Source of the DNA: an uncultured Verrucomicrobiales bacterium
Lineage (GTDB): Bacteria > Pseudomonadota > Alphaproteobacteria > Paracaedibacterales > CAITNM01
DNA length: 42,548 nt
Assembly: GCA_964351815.1 (NCBI GenBank)
Contig: CAYGPH010000005.1
Location: 1 to 42,548, forward strand
Direction of reading: 5' to 3'
The translations under genes were made by a program, and so were the position numbers. Within the stretch, counting starts at the first letter, position 1. The number at the start of each line of letters is the position of its first letter. The notes under the pieces are model-generated. The model worked only from the letters and a program-made list of their open reading frames with translations. It was not told the DNA's origin and searched no databases. Shown here in pieces: positions 19,616-29,260 of this stretch.

Positions 19616-20401
19616 ATGCCTTCAAAACCAATCATACATGTTAAAAATGTTCACAAATCTTTTGGAGATAATCACGTTCTTAGGGGCATTGACCTAAAAT
19701 TGAACCATGGTGAATCTTTTGGGGTCATTGGTGGTTCTGGCACAGGAAAATCAGTATTAATTAAATGTATTTTAGGCATTATTCGTGCTGATATGGGTGA
19801 AATTTTAATTAACGGTGAAAATATTGTTGGTGCTAAAAGTGCTAACCGCCAGCGCTTAATCTCAAATTTTGGTATGCTTTTTCAAGGTGGCGCATTATTT
19901 GATAGCTTAACGATTGGACAAAATATTGCTTTTGGCTTGGTTCATGGCCACAGAATTGATAAACGCGAAGCACGCAAAATTGCTGAAGAAAAAATTGAAG
20001 CTGTGGATTTAGATCCACGTGTAATAGATATTTTTCCGGCTGAACTTTCTGGTGGTATGCAAAAACGTGCAGCTTTGGCTAGGGCGATTGCGACAAACCC
20101 AAAGGTAATATTCTTTGATGAGCCAACTGCCGGCCTTGACCCAATCGTGAGCGGTACGATTAATGCCCTTATTCGACGCTGCGTTAGTGACTTAGGTGCT
20201 AGCGCAATCACTATCACCCACGATATACCTTCCTTAAGGGTTATTGCTGATAGAGTTGGCTTATTATTTAAAGGTGAACTTATTTGGCGTGGAGAAATTG
20301 CTGATATTGATAAAACTGACAACCCATATATGCGGCAGTTTATTGATGGTAACCCCCATGGTCCTTTTACCGATAGTAGTGACAAAAAAGCAGAAACATA
20401 A
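19616..20401 (+). CDS. mlaF: MlaF-family ABC transporter ATPase
   Basis: GGSGTGKS, GMLFQGGALFDSL, LSGGMQKR, FFDEPTAGLDP, ITHD. Confidence 0.95.
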   Translation: MPSKPIIHVKNVHKSFGDNHVLRGIDLKLNHGESFGVIGGSGTGKSVLIKCILGIIRADMGEILINGENIVGAKSANRQRLISNFGMLFQGGALFDSLTIGQNIAFGLVHGHRIDKREARKIAEEKIEAVDLDPRVIDIFPAELSGGMQKRAALARAIATNPKVIFFDEPTAGLDPIVSGTINALIRRCVSDLGASAITITHDIPSLRVIADRVGLLFKGELIWRGEIADIDKTDNPYMRQFIDGNPHGPFTDSSDKKAET

Positions 20402-21738
20402 TGAAATCTAAAGTACTTTTTGTTTGCCAGGAGTGTGGTGCCACCCACAACCGCTGGAATGGCAAATGTGAAGGTTGTGGTGCATGGAACAGTTTGCAGG
20501 AAGAAATACAGTCAGGACCCCGTTTAAAAGCGACTAAAGCCCCTACACTTAACACCCAAACAATAGATGATTGTTTGGCTAATGACAAAGATGATCAGCG
20601 CTTAATTACGAATATTTCAGAACTTAATAGGGTCTGCGGTGGTGGAATAGTTGCAGGATCAGTGCTACTAGTAGGTGGTGACCCAGGCATAGGGAAATCT
20701 ACCTTACTGTTACAGCTGGTTGCAGATATTGGCGCAAAGCACTCTTGTTTATATATTTCCGGAGAAGAATCCGTTAAACAACTTGCGATGCGTGCCAAGC
20801 GTATGGGTGTTGCAGCACCACATTTAGAAATTGCCAGTTCAACAAGTTTGGAAGAAATAATAAATGCCATTGGAAAAAGCATGCCAAAGCTTGTGGTTGT
20901 TGATTCCATTCAAACAATTAGTGCAGATAGCCTTGATGCAGCAGCAGGTTCCGTTAGCCAAGTGCGTTTATGTTCGCAAAATTTAATTCACCTTGCGAAA
21001 GCAAAAAATATTGCGATTGTGATTGTTGGTCATGTAACAAAAGAAGGGAATATTGCTGGACCAAGGGTGCTAGAACACATGGTGGATACTGTTCTTTACT
21101 TTGAAGGCGATCGCCATCATGATTTTCGTATTTTAAGGGCTGTAAAAAACCGTTTTGGAGCCACAAATGAAATTGGTTTATTTACGATGGAACAACAGGG
21201 TTTAATGGAAGTTAAAAATCCATCGGAAATTTTTTTAAGTGATCGCCCCGAAAATATAAGTGGAACAGCTGTTTTTGCAGGTATTGAAGGTACTCGGCCT
21301 GTTTTATGTGAAATTCAAGCCTTGGTAGCAAAAAGCTACTTAAATATGCCAAGACGCACGGCTGTTGGCTGGGATAACGGCCGTTTGGCCATGATTTTAG
21401 CAGTACTTGAAAGCCGGGCAGGCTTTAGCTTTGGCCCAATGGATGTGTATTTAAACGTTGTTGGTGGCCTAAAAATTACGGAACCTGCAGCAGATTTAGC
21501 AGTAGCAGCGGCCTTAATTTCCGCATTACTTAATAAACCAACGCCTAAGCATGCTGTTTTTTTTGGTGAAATAGGGTTGGGCGGCGAAGTACGTCCTGTA
21601 ACTCAAAGCGAGCTGCGACAAAAAGAGGCCGAGAAACTTGGGTTTACCACAGCTTTTGGTGCCTTTAAAAAAACAACCAACCCAGCCGTAAAATTGGAAT
21701 CTTTAAAATTTGTTTATGCATTAAAAAACAATTTTTAA
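20401..21738 (+). CDS. radA: DNA repair protein RadA/Sms
   Basis: C4 zinc finger CQECG..W.GKCEGC, GDPGIGKSTLLLQ, KNRFG, Lon-like C-terminus. Confidence 0.98.
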   Translation: MKSKVLFVCQECGATHNRWNGKCEGCGAWNSLQEEIQSGPRLKATKAPTLNTQTIDDCLANDKDDQRLITNISELNRVCGGGIVAGSVLLVGGDPGIGKSTLLLQLVADIGAKHSCLYISGEESVKQLAMRAKRMGVAAPHLEIASSTSLEEIINAIGKSMPKLVVVDSIQTISADSLDAAAGSVSQVRLCSQNLIHLAKAKNIAIVIVGHVTKEGNIAGPRVLEHMVDTVLYFEGDRHHDFRILRAVKNRFGATNEIGLFTMEQQGLMEVKNPSEIFLSDRPENISGTAVFAGIEGTRPVLCEIQALVAKSYLNMPRRTAVGWDNGRLAMILAVLESRAGFSFGPMDVYLNVVGGLKITEPAADLAVAAALISALLNKPTPKHAVFFGEIGLGGEVRPVTQSELRQKEAEKLGFTTAFGAFKKTTNPAVKLESLKFVYALKNNF

Positions 21739-21748
21739 AACCCTCTTT

Positions 21749-22867
21749 TTATTCATCTAAACGTAAAATACTCTCTACAGCATCAGAACAAGGTAATGAA
21801 AGTAAATCGTTTGGAAGCTCTAAAAGGCCACATATTTGCGAAGTATTTACATCGTATGGCCTTAGGGCTAGCTTGTCTAAAAATAGCATAGATCTTTTAT
21901 CAATTTCATCGTGAACTTCACTGATATATTCCAACTTTTGCACAAAGCATGAAAGTAAAGTAAGTTTTGTTCTTGGGGTAAACATTTGATAACATAATAT
22001 TTTATGTGCAAACCTTATAACTTTATGAAATTGCGCAGACGAAAGTTTGAAGAAGGTTTTGTTAAAGTTAGTAACCTCTTCTAATGTAGTTTCTCCAAAA
22101 AAAATGGCACCTATAACACTATCCGGTGATAAACTTGCCCGAGTTGATAGTTGTTTAACTTGTTCTTTAATACGGGAATATTCATTTTTAGAAAAAATAG
22201 AACGCACGTAGATTTCACTTTTGGCATTAGGAACGAAAATACCTTCCAGAAGTTTTTTTTCTTCATCCGTAAAGTGTGGGCTTTCCAAAGGGTCATAATT
22301 CTTTATAAAAACGCAGTCTACAAGTGGTTTTTTTTGTGTACCTTCAACTCTTAAGGAAGCCCGCTTAGCTAACGGTTCCCCAGTAGTAAAATCTGAGGTA
22401 AGGTTTGGGTTAAATTCCGTTGCTTCAAGGGTAGGGGGTGTTCCTTGAATACAACCATCAGGTTGCTGTACCTGAAACTTCCCCTTACTTGGTCCATGAT
22501 GTTCATCAGTCGCTTGCCAAGCGGGTAATTGCTCATCGTCACTATTTATTTGCTGTGCTTGCTGCTGTGATTCATCCCATTCATCTATTTCGCGCGGCTG
22601 CGCATCTGTCCATCCAGGTGGTGTTTGAGAACAAGTACTTTCACTAGCACTTCTTTTTGGAGAATGAGCATGAAGGATTTCTGCCGATTCACGCGGTGTC
22701 TGCTGACTCGGTGTCTGTTGAGGCAAGGTAGCTTTTAATTTTAAACTTACACTTGGGCAAACATGCCTTTTATGAAAAACTGAATCTGTTTGTGAAGGAT
22801 CCTGAGATTGATCAGCTGCATTTATGCTACCTAAACATACAACCAAAAGTAGGGAAATTAATTTCAT
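21749..22867 (-). CDS. Hypothetical secreted protein (disordered Q/S/T/P-rich N-half, helical C-domain)
   Basis: Signal peptide MKLISLLLVVCLGSINA. 372-aa ORF, no family recognised. Confidence 0.8.
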   Translation of the reverse strand: MKLISLLLVVCLGSINAADQSQDPSQTDSVFHKRHVCPSVSLKLKATLPQQTPSQQTPRESAEILHAHSPKRSASESTCSQTPPGWTDAQPREIDEWDESQQQAQQINSDDEQLPAWQATDEHHGPSKGKFQVQQPDGCIQGTPPTLEATEFNPNLTSDFTTGEPLAKRASLRVEGTQKKPLVDCVFIKNYDPLESPHFTDEEKKLLEGIFVPNAKSEIYVRSIFSKNEYSRIKEQVKQLSTRASLSPDSVIGAIFFGETTLEEVTNFNKTFFKLSSAQFHKVIRFAHKILCYQMFTPRTKLTLLSCFVQKLEYISEVHDEIDKRSMLFLDKLALRPYDVNTSQICGLLELPNDLLSLPCSDAVESILRLDE

Positions 22868-22994
22868 TTTTGTTTAAAAAAATAACTTTATTTGTTTTTA
22901 ACAGAGCATAGGAGTTCCTGCAACATTATATATTTTTAAGCTTTTTTTAAGGAGCATAGTTGCTAAACAGCCAAACCAATCCGTATGTTATAGT

Positions 22995-23762
22995 TCAGTG
23001 AAAAGGTTGAGCTAATATAGCATTAATAAGTTCTTCATTAGAAAATTGATCTGTTTTAAGGTGCACTAAAGCTAAAAAGTTATTGGCAGTAAAACTTTCT
23101 TGTTTGGCCAAAATTGTACCAATGCACCTAATTCTTTCCGTATCTAATTGTTTAAGTGAATTGACAAGGCTTGGGAGTATGCATGAAAAGCTTTTGTGTT
23201 TTCTTTCTGGGAATTGTGCAGCAAAAACAGAACAGTAACGATGAATCAAACGAATATCAGCTAATTTAAGGTAGTAAATATAATGATCATCTAGTAATTT
23301 GCGATGGTCAAAATTGTAAAGAAACGTTTTTAAACATACATGTTGTGGTTTTAATTTGAATAGCTTTGCTATGTCCAATATATTGCCTACTACTTCCACT
23401 CTTTCTGCAACAGTGAACATACTTAATATGGACATACTAAAAGATTCTATAGTCGTACGGCCTTTTGGGTTTAGGGCATTAAGCTGATTACAAAGACTTA
23501 TGTTATCTTGAGATAAGTGACCATTTTCAATTTCAAAATAAGCTACTTTAGATGCCAAAAAACCATTAATTTCAATAGGTTCGATTGAAAAGTCTTCCTC
23601 ATCACTAGCAACAGAATTATGTCGGGATTCCAATCGTATTGCAGCTGCCCTAGCCAAAATTTGATGTGGGTTAAAAACATCGTTTGCTGAGTCAAAATTT
23701 TGATTTGTTGCAAACAAGCTTGAAAAAAACATGGTTGCAAGTACAAGGAATAAATAACGCAT
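22995..23762 (-). CDS. Hypothetical secreted protein, probable remote paralog of 21749..22867
   Basis: Signal peptide MRYLFLVLATMFFSSLFA. AAGGA SD upstream. 255 aa. Confidence 0.8.
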   Translation of the reverse strand: MRYLFLVLATMFFSSLFATNQNFDSANDVFNPHQILARAAAIRLESRHNSVASDEEDFSIEPIEINGFLASKVAYFEIENGHLSQDNISLCNQLNALNPKGRTTIESFSMSILSMFTVAERVEVVGNILDIAKLFKLKPQHVCLKTFLYNFDHRKLLDDHYIYYLKLADIRLIHRYCSVFAAQFPERKHKSFSCILPSLVNSLKQLDTERIRCIGTILAKQESFTANNFLALVHLKTDQFSNEELINAILAQPFH

Positions 23763-23893
23763 TTTTTAATTTTCCTTTCATAATTTTAATTATTATGCAT
23801 GATATATGTTATGCGGCAAATAAAATTAAATAGCCTAGACTAATTGATTATCTCGCCGTAATATTCAGATATATAAAAATTATCAAAAATATT

Positions 23894-25207
23894 ATGAAAA
23901 ATTGTTTTTACATTATACCAGCAGCACTTCTGTTTACAGGTTGTGAAAGTAATACAATTAACTTAGAGCAAAATCCAAAACAAATTAAAGTTGAACAAAA
24001 CAATAATATGGCTGCCGTTGAACAGGACAGCGAATATTCCAATTCCCATGATGTTGCTGTTTCTTATGGCAATCATGAATCCATTCAAGTAAGAGAAGTT
24101 TTTGAACGCTATGAGTTTTTAAAAGATAATTTTTTTATGCAAAGTAAGGGAATAAAAAACAATGTAAAATCCCTACAGGAATTCTCTGTTGAATACGAAA
24201 ACGTTGTTCACGAATTCGCACAGTTTTTACTTTTAGACGAGTTGCTTAAAACAAAATACGATAAACATAAAAGCTTAAACGCCCAGCACCAAAGGGCAAT
24301 GGACAAAATTTTAAGTTTACTTTATGCAAAGTTTCGCGCCCCGGTTTTGTTTGCAAAGCTTGAAGATATACTGTCACAAATTCAAGCGCAACATGGGGAT
24401 ATTTCACGATTCAGCACATATTCTTACACACAACTTTATATTAAAGCTTTAGAAATTATGCAGCTTAGTATGCTGCTGGAATCAATTAACAATAAAAATA
24501 CTACCTTTTATAATTTTAACGGAGAAGTTTTAACACCTTCAAATTTACGTTTACATTATCCCTTAGAAACAAAAGACAAAAAGGCTAACACCCCACCAAA
24601 GCCTGATACGCGTGTCTTGAAAATATCATTTACAAACTACACAATTAATGACGTGATTCCAGAATACACAAGATCAGCGTCTGCAAATAAAAGAATTGAT
24701 TTATTAACAAACTTTGGTGATAAACTTTTAAGCTTTGCCGTATACAAAATTGTTTTAAACGATGCTGATTCGCATTCATTTAAAAATAAACCTGAAATAA
24801 AGCAATTGTTTCAGGTTAATAAGGCTGTTTCTCAAAAAGCAATTTTACGTCAGCAAATAACGAAGGAACTTTCGTCATCTCATCCCGCGCTTATTGATAA
24901 GCTATCGAACATGGTTATGCATCAGATAAAAACGACACCAAGTGATATCACCAAGCATTTTGAAAACAATAAGAAAACCGCTATTAAAAATCAGGTTGTG
25001 CATTATTTATCAGACATGCGATTATTAGGTGGCCTTCATGCCATGGCAGGGGAAATGAAGATGAAATTATTTAGTCTTCATGGTGAAGAACTTCCTTTAA
25101 ATTTAAAATTTCCAAAAGCCCAAAGTAATTTAGGTATTTTTGTCTATCATTATCTTAAAAATCAAACGGCTATAGATATTCAAAAATCTTTAAATAAATC
25201 TGAATAA
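23894..25207 (+). CDS. Hypothetical lipoprotein, possibly two SurA/PrsA-like helical chaperone units
   Basis: Lipobox LFTGC. Internal repeat (FNGEVLTPSNL / LHGEELPLNL). PrsA-like segments VLNDA..F.NKPEIK and IKTTPSDITKHFENNK. The fold call is tentative. Confidence 0.7.
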   Translation: MKNCFYIIPAALLFTGCESNTINLEQNPKQIKVEQNNNMAAVEQDSEYSNSHDVAVSYGNHESIQVREVFERYEFLKDNFFMQSKGIKNNVKSLQEFSVEYENVVHEFAQFLLLDELLKTKYDKHKSLNAQHQRAMDKILSLLYAKFRAPVLFAKLEDILSQIQAQHGDISRFSTYSYTQLYIKALEIMQLSMLLESINNKNTTFYNFNGEVLTPSNLRLHYPLETKDKKANTPPKPDTRVLKISFTNYTINDVIPEYTRSASANKRIDLLTNFGDKLLSFAVYKIVLNDADSHSFKNKPEIKQLFQVNKAVSQKAILRQQITKELSSSHPALIDKLSNMVMHQIKTTPSDITKHFENNKKTAIKNQVVHYLSDMRLLGGLHAMAGEMKMKLFSLHGEELPLNLKFPKAQSNLGIFVYHYLKNQTAIDIQKSLNKSE

Positions 25208-25219
25208 AAAAATTAATTT

Positions 25220-25714
25220 TCAGGTGATTTTTTCAATAATTTCTGGTGATACCTTTATACGGGTTTGCCTACCCATGAATTCAATCAGTAATTCTACCCG
25301 CTGTTGATCCGTATACTTTTCAAATATGGCAGAATAATCTTGAAAAACGCCATTCGTAAGACGAACTTTTTCTCCATAAAAAAACTCCAGCGCTTTTAAG
25401 GGTACGAAACCATTAGGGTTTTCTTGTTCTTGCAAAGCCATTACGATGTCATCCGATATGCTTGCAGGCTTTGTTAACGAATGCATTAAAAGCTGCTGTA
25501 CACCCCGTGTTCCACTTAAGGGGCGCCATCCTGAACCTATGCTTTCTTGCACAAAAAGGTAACGCGGAAAAAGTGGACGGGTCACTTCTTGCTGCTTTCG
25601 GGCATGGCGTATTTTTTTTAAAAACTTTGGACAATAAACTTTCCAACCTTGCTGTTGCAATTGTTGCAAGGCATATTCTTCCTTGTTTATTTGAGTATAA
25701 ACCACATACCACAT
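25220..25714 (-). CDS. NusG-paralog antiterminator (RfaH/UpxY-like)
   Basis: NGN domain WYVVYT...E..A...L, PLFPRYLFV, TRGV. KOW domain GEKVRLTNGVF...IF, RVELLIEFMGR. Confidence 0.88.
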   Translation of the reverse strand: MWYVVYTQINKEEYALQQLQQQGWKVYCPKFLKKIRHARKQQEVTRPLFPRYLFVQESIGSGWRPLSGTRGVQQLLMHSLTKPASISDDIVMALQEQENPNGFVPLKALEFFYGEKVRLTNGVFQDYSAIFEKYTDQQRVELLIEFMGRQTRIKVSPEIIEKIT

Positions 25715-25718
25715 AAAC

Positions 25719-26978
25719 TTAGCCAGCTTTTAGCAAATTTTCAAAGCTTTCATAACTAGGGACCTGCGCTAGATTTCCAAGGGTTGTTAGTGTAGGCTTT
25801 TCCATTAGGGTTTTTGTGCAAATACTGTGCAGGCGTTGCAAATTAACCTGCTCAATTTTTGATAAAATATCTTCCATAGAAATAGGCTTTTTATAAAATG
25901 CCATTTGTCTTGCCAAACGCTCTGCCCTGTTTGCCGTACTTTCAAGACCCATTAACAAACCTGCTTGCATTTGGTTTTTAACCCGCTGTAATTCCTCTGG
26001 TGTTATACTGTTGCAAGCTTTTTTAAATTCATCGGCCACAACGGGGATAAGTTCTCCTACTTTTTCTGGGCTCGTTCCCGCATAAACACTTAACAAACCA
26101 CCGTCTGAAAAACTGTATTGATCTGCTGAAATTGTATAAACTAAGCCGCGCTTTTCACGAATTTCTTGGAACAAGCGTGATGACATGCCGCCGCCCATAA
26201 TACTGGCTAAAACCAAATAATCATAATAATAATCATCAAAAAAACCAACCGTTGGAAAACCCATAACAACATGAATTTGTTCAAGATCTTTTTGTTTACG
26301 ATAATCCCCACCTTGATATGAAGCGGTTAATGGCGTTTGATTGCCTTTATCTGTAACTTTTGTAAAGTACTTTTCTGCTAGTTTGCATAGTTCATCATGA
26401 TCAACATTGCCAGAGGCACAAAGAACCATATTATGTACCCCATAGTGACGTTCCAAATAGGATTTTACTTGCTCTGCCTTAAGGTTTTCAATAATTTTCT
26501 TACTGCCTAAAATAGGCCAACCCATAGGATGATCCCCATATGCGGTTTCTTGAAAATAATCAAAAACCACATCGTCTGGTGTGTCGTTTGATCTGCCAAT
26601 TTCTTGAATCACAACCCCTTGTTCCCGCGAAAATTCAGCTTCATCAAAAGAAGAATTTTGTAAAATGTCACTAATAATATCTACACCTAAGGCAACATCT
26701 TTTTTCAACAATCGAACGTAATAAGCTGTCATTTCACGTGATGTATAGGCATTCATATAGCCACCCACATCTTCTATGACTTTCGAAATATCTAAAGCAC
26801 TGCGGTTTGTGGTACCCTTAAAGGCCATGTGCTCTAACATATGTGCAATACCGTTCTCAGCTTTTGTTTCATGGCGAGCACCAATATTAAGCCAAACACC
26901 TAGGGCAACGGTTTCCACATGTTCGAAACTATCGGAAGCTACAGTTAAGCCATTTGGTAGAGTTGTTGTTTGAATCAT
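25719..26978 (-). CDS. M16 family zinc peptidase (bacterial MPP-like)
   Basis: Inverted zinc motif HMLEH, NAYTSRE, GGGMSSRLFQEIREKRGLVY. Confidence 0.96.
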   Translation of the reverse strand: MIQTTTLPNGLTVASDSFEHVETVALGVWLNIGARHETKAENGIAHMLEHMAFKGTTNRSALDISKVIEDVGGYMNAYTSREMTAYYVRLLKKDVALGVDIISDILQNSSFDEAEFSREQGVVIQEIGRSNDTPDDVVFDYFQETAYGDHPMGWPILGSKKIIENLKAEQVKSYLERHYGVHNMVLCASGNVDHDELCKLAEKYFTKVTDKGNQTPLTASYQGGDYRKQKDLEQIHVVMGFPTVGFFDDYYYDYLVLASIMGGGMSSRLFQEIREKRGLVYTISADQYSFSDGGLLSVYAGTSPEKVGELIPVVADEFKKACNSITPEELQRVKNQMQAGLLMGLESTANRAERLARQMAFYKKPISMEDILSKIEQVNLQRLHSICTKTLMEKPTLTTLGNLAQVPSYESFENLLKAG

Positions 26979-27007
26979 TTATTTTCATATTATTTAATAA
27001 TGTTTAA

Positions 27008-27036
27008 ACCCTAGCAAAACTATTAACCCCATGCAA
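27008..27036 (-). promoter_or_regulatory. Candidate sigma70 promoter of M16 peptidase / NusG-paralog operon
   Basis: Minus strand TTGCAT-17 nt-TAGGGT, about 30 nt upstream of the ATG at 26978. Confidence 0.45.
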
Positions 27037-27150
27037 AGAAACACAAGCCCTGCTATGCAACTTAACGCAAATTAATTGTGGTGGTTGGAATTTTTTAACC
27101 TAGCAAAACCAAAATGTAAGCGCTTTAATATTTTAAAATGGTATTCACCG

Positions 27151-28479
27151 TTAATCTACCCTAATTTTGTTTGTGGAGGATGAAAAATCTAACAGTAGAG
27201 GAAGGCTGAACAGACAACTTAATAGACTATAATAAGTGTATCTAGCCTCTGCTGCCATGGAAAAAATTAATAGGCTAAATGCGATAATTAAGCCACTTAA
27301 ATTCATATAAAAAATGTTCCATTGATTTTGTGCTAGCGGTGTTTTTTTTAAAATTTTTCTTAAGTAAAAAAGGGCGATTAAAACTTGAATTATAAAATAC
27401 AGTTTGTAGCTGGTAAATAAATTGAGTAATCGAACTAAATGGTATTTTTCAAGAACACTGTAAAACCATATATAATCATAGGGCATAGGGTTGCTGATAT
27501 CTTTTGGGTTACGATAAAGGGTAAGTTCTAGTTGGTGAGCAAACAACCGCCAGCGATGGCTAAGGTATGCAACTGGATGCTCTATAATCGCCTTACGCCA
27601 GCTTTGCATCAATAGATTGCTGTGGCTTGTATTTTTTTGCAAAGGTGAATCATTGCTAAATGCAAGTTCATCTACACGTTTGGGATTAAAGTTTTTCTGA
27701 AGTCGTTCTATAGAATAGTTGGCCTTTTTAAAGGGTGCTGGAATTATGTCCTGCTGAACTAATAAACTCATGGCTGCAAGGTCATATAGCTTTACATATT
27801 GCCATGCTTGTGATGGTTTTGAGGTCATCTGGTTGAATTTTTCCACGGAAAAAAGTAGGGCTACACTAAAAAAAACACCTACTAATAGCCTGACTAACAG
27901 GTACCTTTTTATATGAATGTGTGACCACCATAGTATAATAACAGGTGCTATAAACATAGCTTGGTACTTAACGGCGGTTCCATAAAACAGTATTGATAAA
28001 GCGAAAATATTGAGCAATGTTTTTTGCACATTTGACAAAACATTTTGGTTGAAACTTAGAAAAAACAAGTATCCGCAAACATAAAGGTAACTGTTAGCAA
28101 AATTTATATCTTTTAAAATAAAAGCCTGGTATCCCAATGCCATAGGGCTTAGCGCTAAAATTACAACAAATAACTTTTGCCAGTTTTTTTTAAAACTATG
28201 GCAAAACCAAAATACTGCAGCAGCATAAAGCATAAGTTGCCACAAAAGCATGACACTATAATGATGGTAAATTTTATAAAGTAATCGCCATAGCCAAGCC
28301 ATAATAGGTGGGTGATGATCACAAAAAATGCCACCATTCAAGGATTGCTGCAGCTGATTTATGCTATCTGAACGCAAAATGCCAGGCCAAAATATTACTG
28401 CTAAAGCAAAAAAGAGCAACCAAGGTAAGAAGAACCAAAGTGTTTTGTGTGTTTTCAACAAGATAAACAAAGTATTCAA
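27151..28479 (-). CDS. Polytopic membrane protein, putative GT-C-fold glycosyltransferase (DUF6020-like)
   Basis: First loop WPG...DS..Q.........DHHPP.MA.LWR, LKD motif, large periplasmic loop, late 'EARY' motif, about 10 TM segments. Confidence 0.65.
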   Translation of the reverse strand: MNTLFILLKTHKTLWFFLPWLLFFALAVIFWPGILRSDSINQLQQSLNGGIFCDHHPPIMAWLWRLLYKIYHHYSVMLLWQLMLYAAAVFWFCHSFKKNWQKLFVVILALSPMALGYQAFILKDINFANSYLYVCGYLFFLSFNQNVLSNVQKTLLNIFALSILFYGTAVKYQAMFIAPVIILWWSHIHIKRYLLVRLLVGVFFSVALLFSVEKFNQMTSKPSQAWQYVKLYDLAAMSLLVQQDIIPAPFKKANYSIERLQKNFNPKRVDELAFSNDSPLQKNTSHSNLLMQSWRKAIIEHPVAYLSHRWRLFAHQLELTLYRNPKDISNPMPYDYIWFYSVLEKYHLVRLLNLFTSYKLYFIIQVLIALFYLRKILKKTPLAQNQWNIFYMNLSGLIIAFSLLIFSMAAEARYTYYSLLSCLFSLPLLLDFSSSTNKIRVD

Positions 28480-28603
28480 GGGTTTTATTAAAATGTATTT
28501 TAGTATAACCGAAGCACTAGGGTTTGAGTACGGCGTTGTCTGTATTTTATATAATCATCAACTTGTGGGTACAGAGTTTACTAATCTCTTAATAGTTATG
28601 AGC

Positions 28604-28828
28604 TCATGATACTGATTCACTCTTATCTTTTGTTGTAGGCACATCAATTGTTTTAGGCACACATTTTCCATTTTTCCATTCGCATTGTGATATTCTCTGT
28701 TTGACTAAAGCAAGATCACATACCTTACTAGATGTTGCTCTTCCACAATCCGAATCTTTGCCCCAACAAGTGTTTCCAGCAATTAAGAAAAGGCCAAGGG
28801 TGGTTGTTTTAAGTATTTTTACTAACAT
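28604..28828 (-). CDS. Small secreted Cys-rich protein (74 aa)
   Basis: Signal-like N-terminus. Mature region C-x8-C-x11-C-x-W-x4-C. AGAG SD-like upstream. Confidence 0.65.
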   Translation of the reverse strand: MLVKILKTTTLGLFLIAGNTCWGKDSDCGRATSSKVCDLALVKQRISQCEWKNGKCVPKTIDVPTTKDKSESVS

Positions 28829-29260
28829 AAACTTTGTCTCTTTATAGTTTTTCTATGTAGTCTGGAAATAAGTTTTTTTCATTATAAAAGGTTAAAGCCA
28901 CAAAGAATAAATAATTGATTTTGCAAAAAAGAATGTTTTTGAGAGCTTGGTAAAATTAGCACTATCTGCCTAAAATATATGAGCTTAAATACCTTCATGA
29001 TTCATGTTTTTTTAAACTTCAAGGTTAGATTGGTAATCAACAAGGAATGGGATAATAAGCACCTTTGCTGGGGAATTTTCCTATTAGGTACCTTTTTAGG
29101 GTTTATAGCTGATGATGATATTATCTAAGACACATCTTTTGGCTTTGGGCAAAAATTCGATGATTCTATCTTAACTTTTGTATTCCTATGGGCAAATAAA
29201 GAATTTGTTAACCTTTTTTCTATAAATTTAAAAAAAACTGTAGAATTTGGATTTTCTTTC

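Noticed and set aside
27004-27109. Direct repeat CCTAGCAAAAC, two copies
   Set aside because: Only two short copies, one overlapping a promoter -10 candidate; not a CRISPR or iteron array.
28979-29128. 49-aa plus-strand ORF (MSLNTFMIHVF...DDDII)
   Set aside because: No clear SD, motif or terminator; cannot be distinguished from chance.
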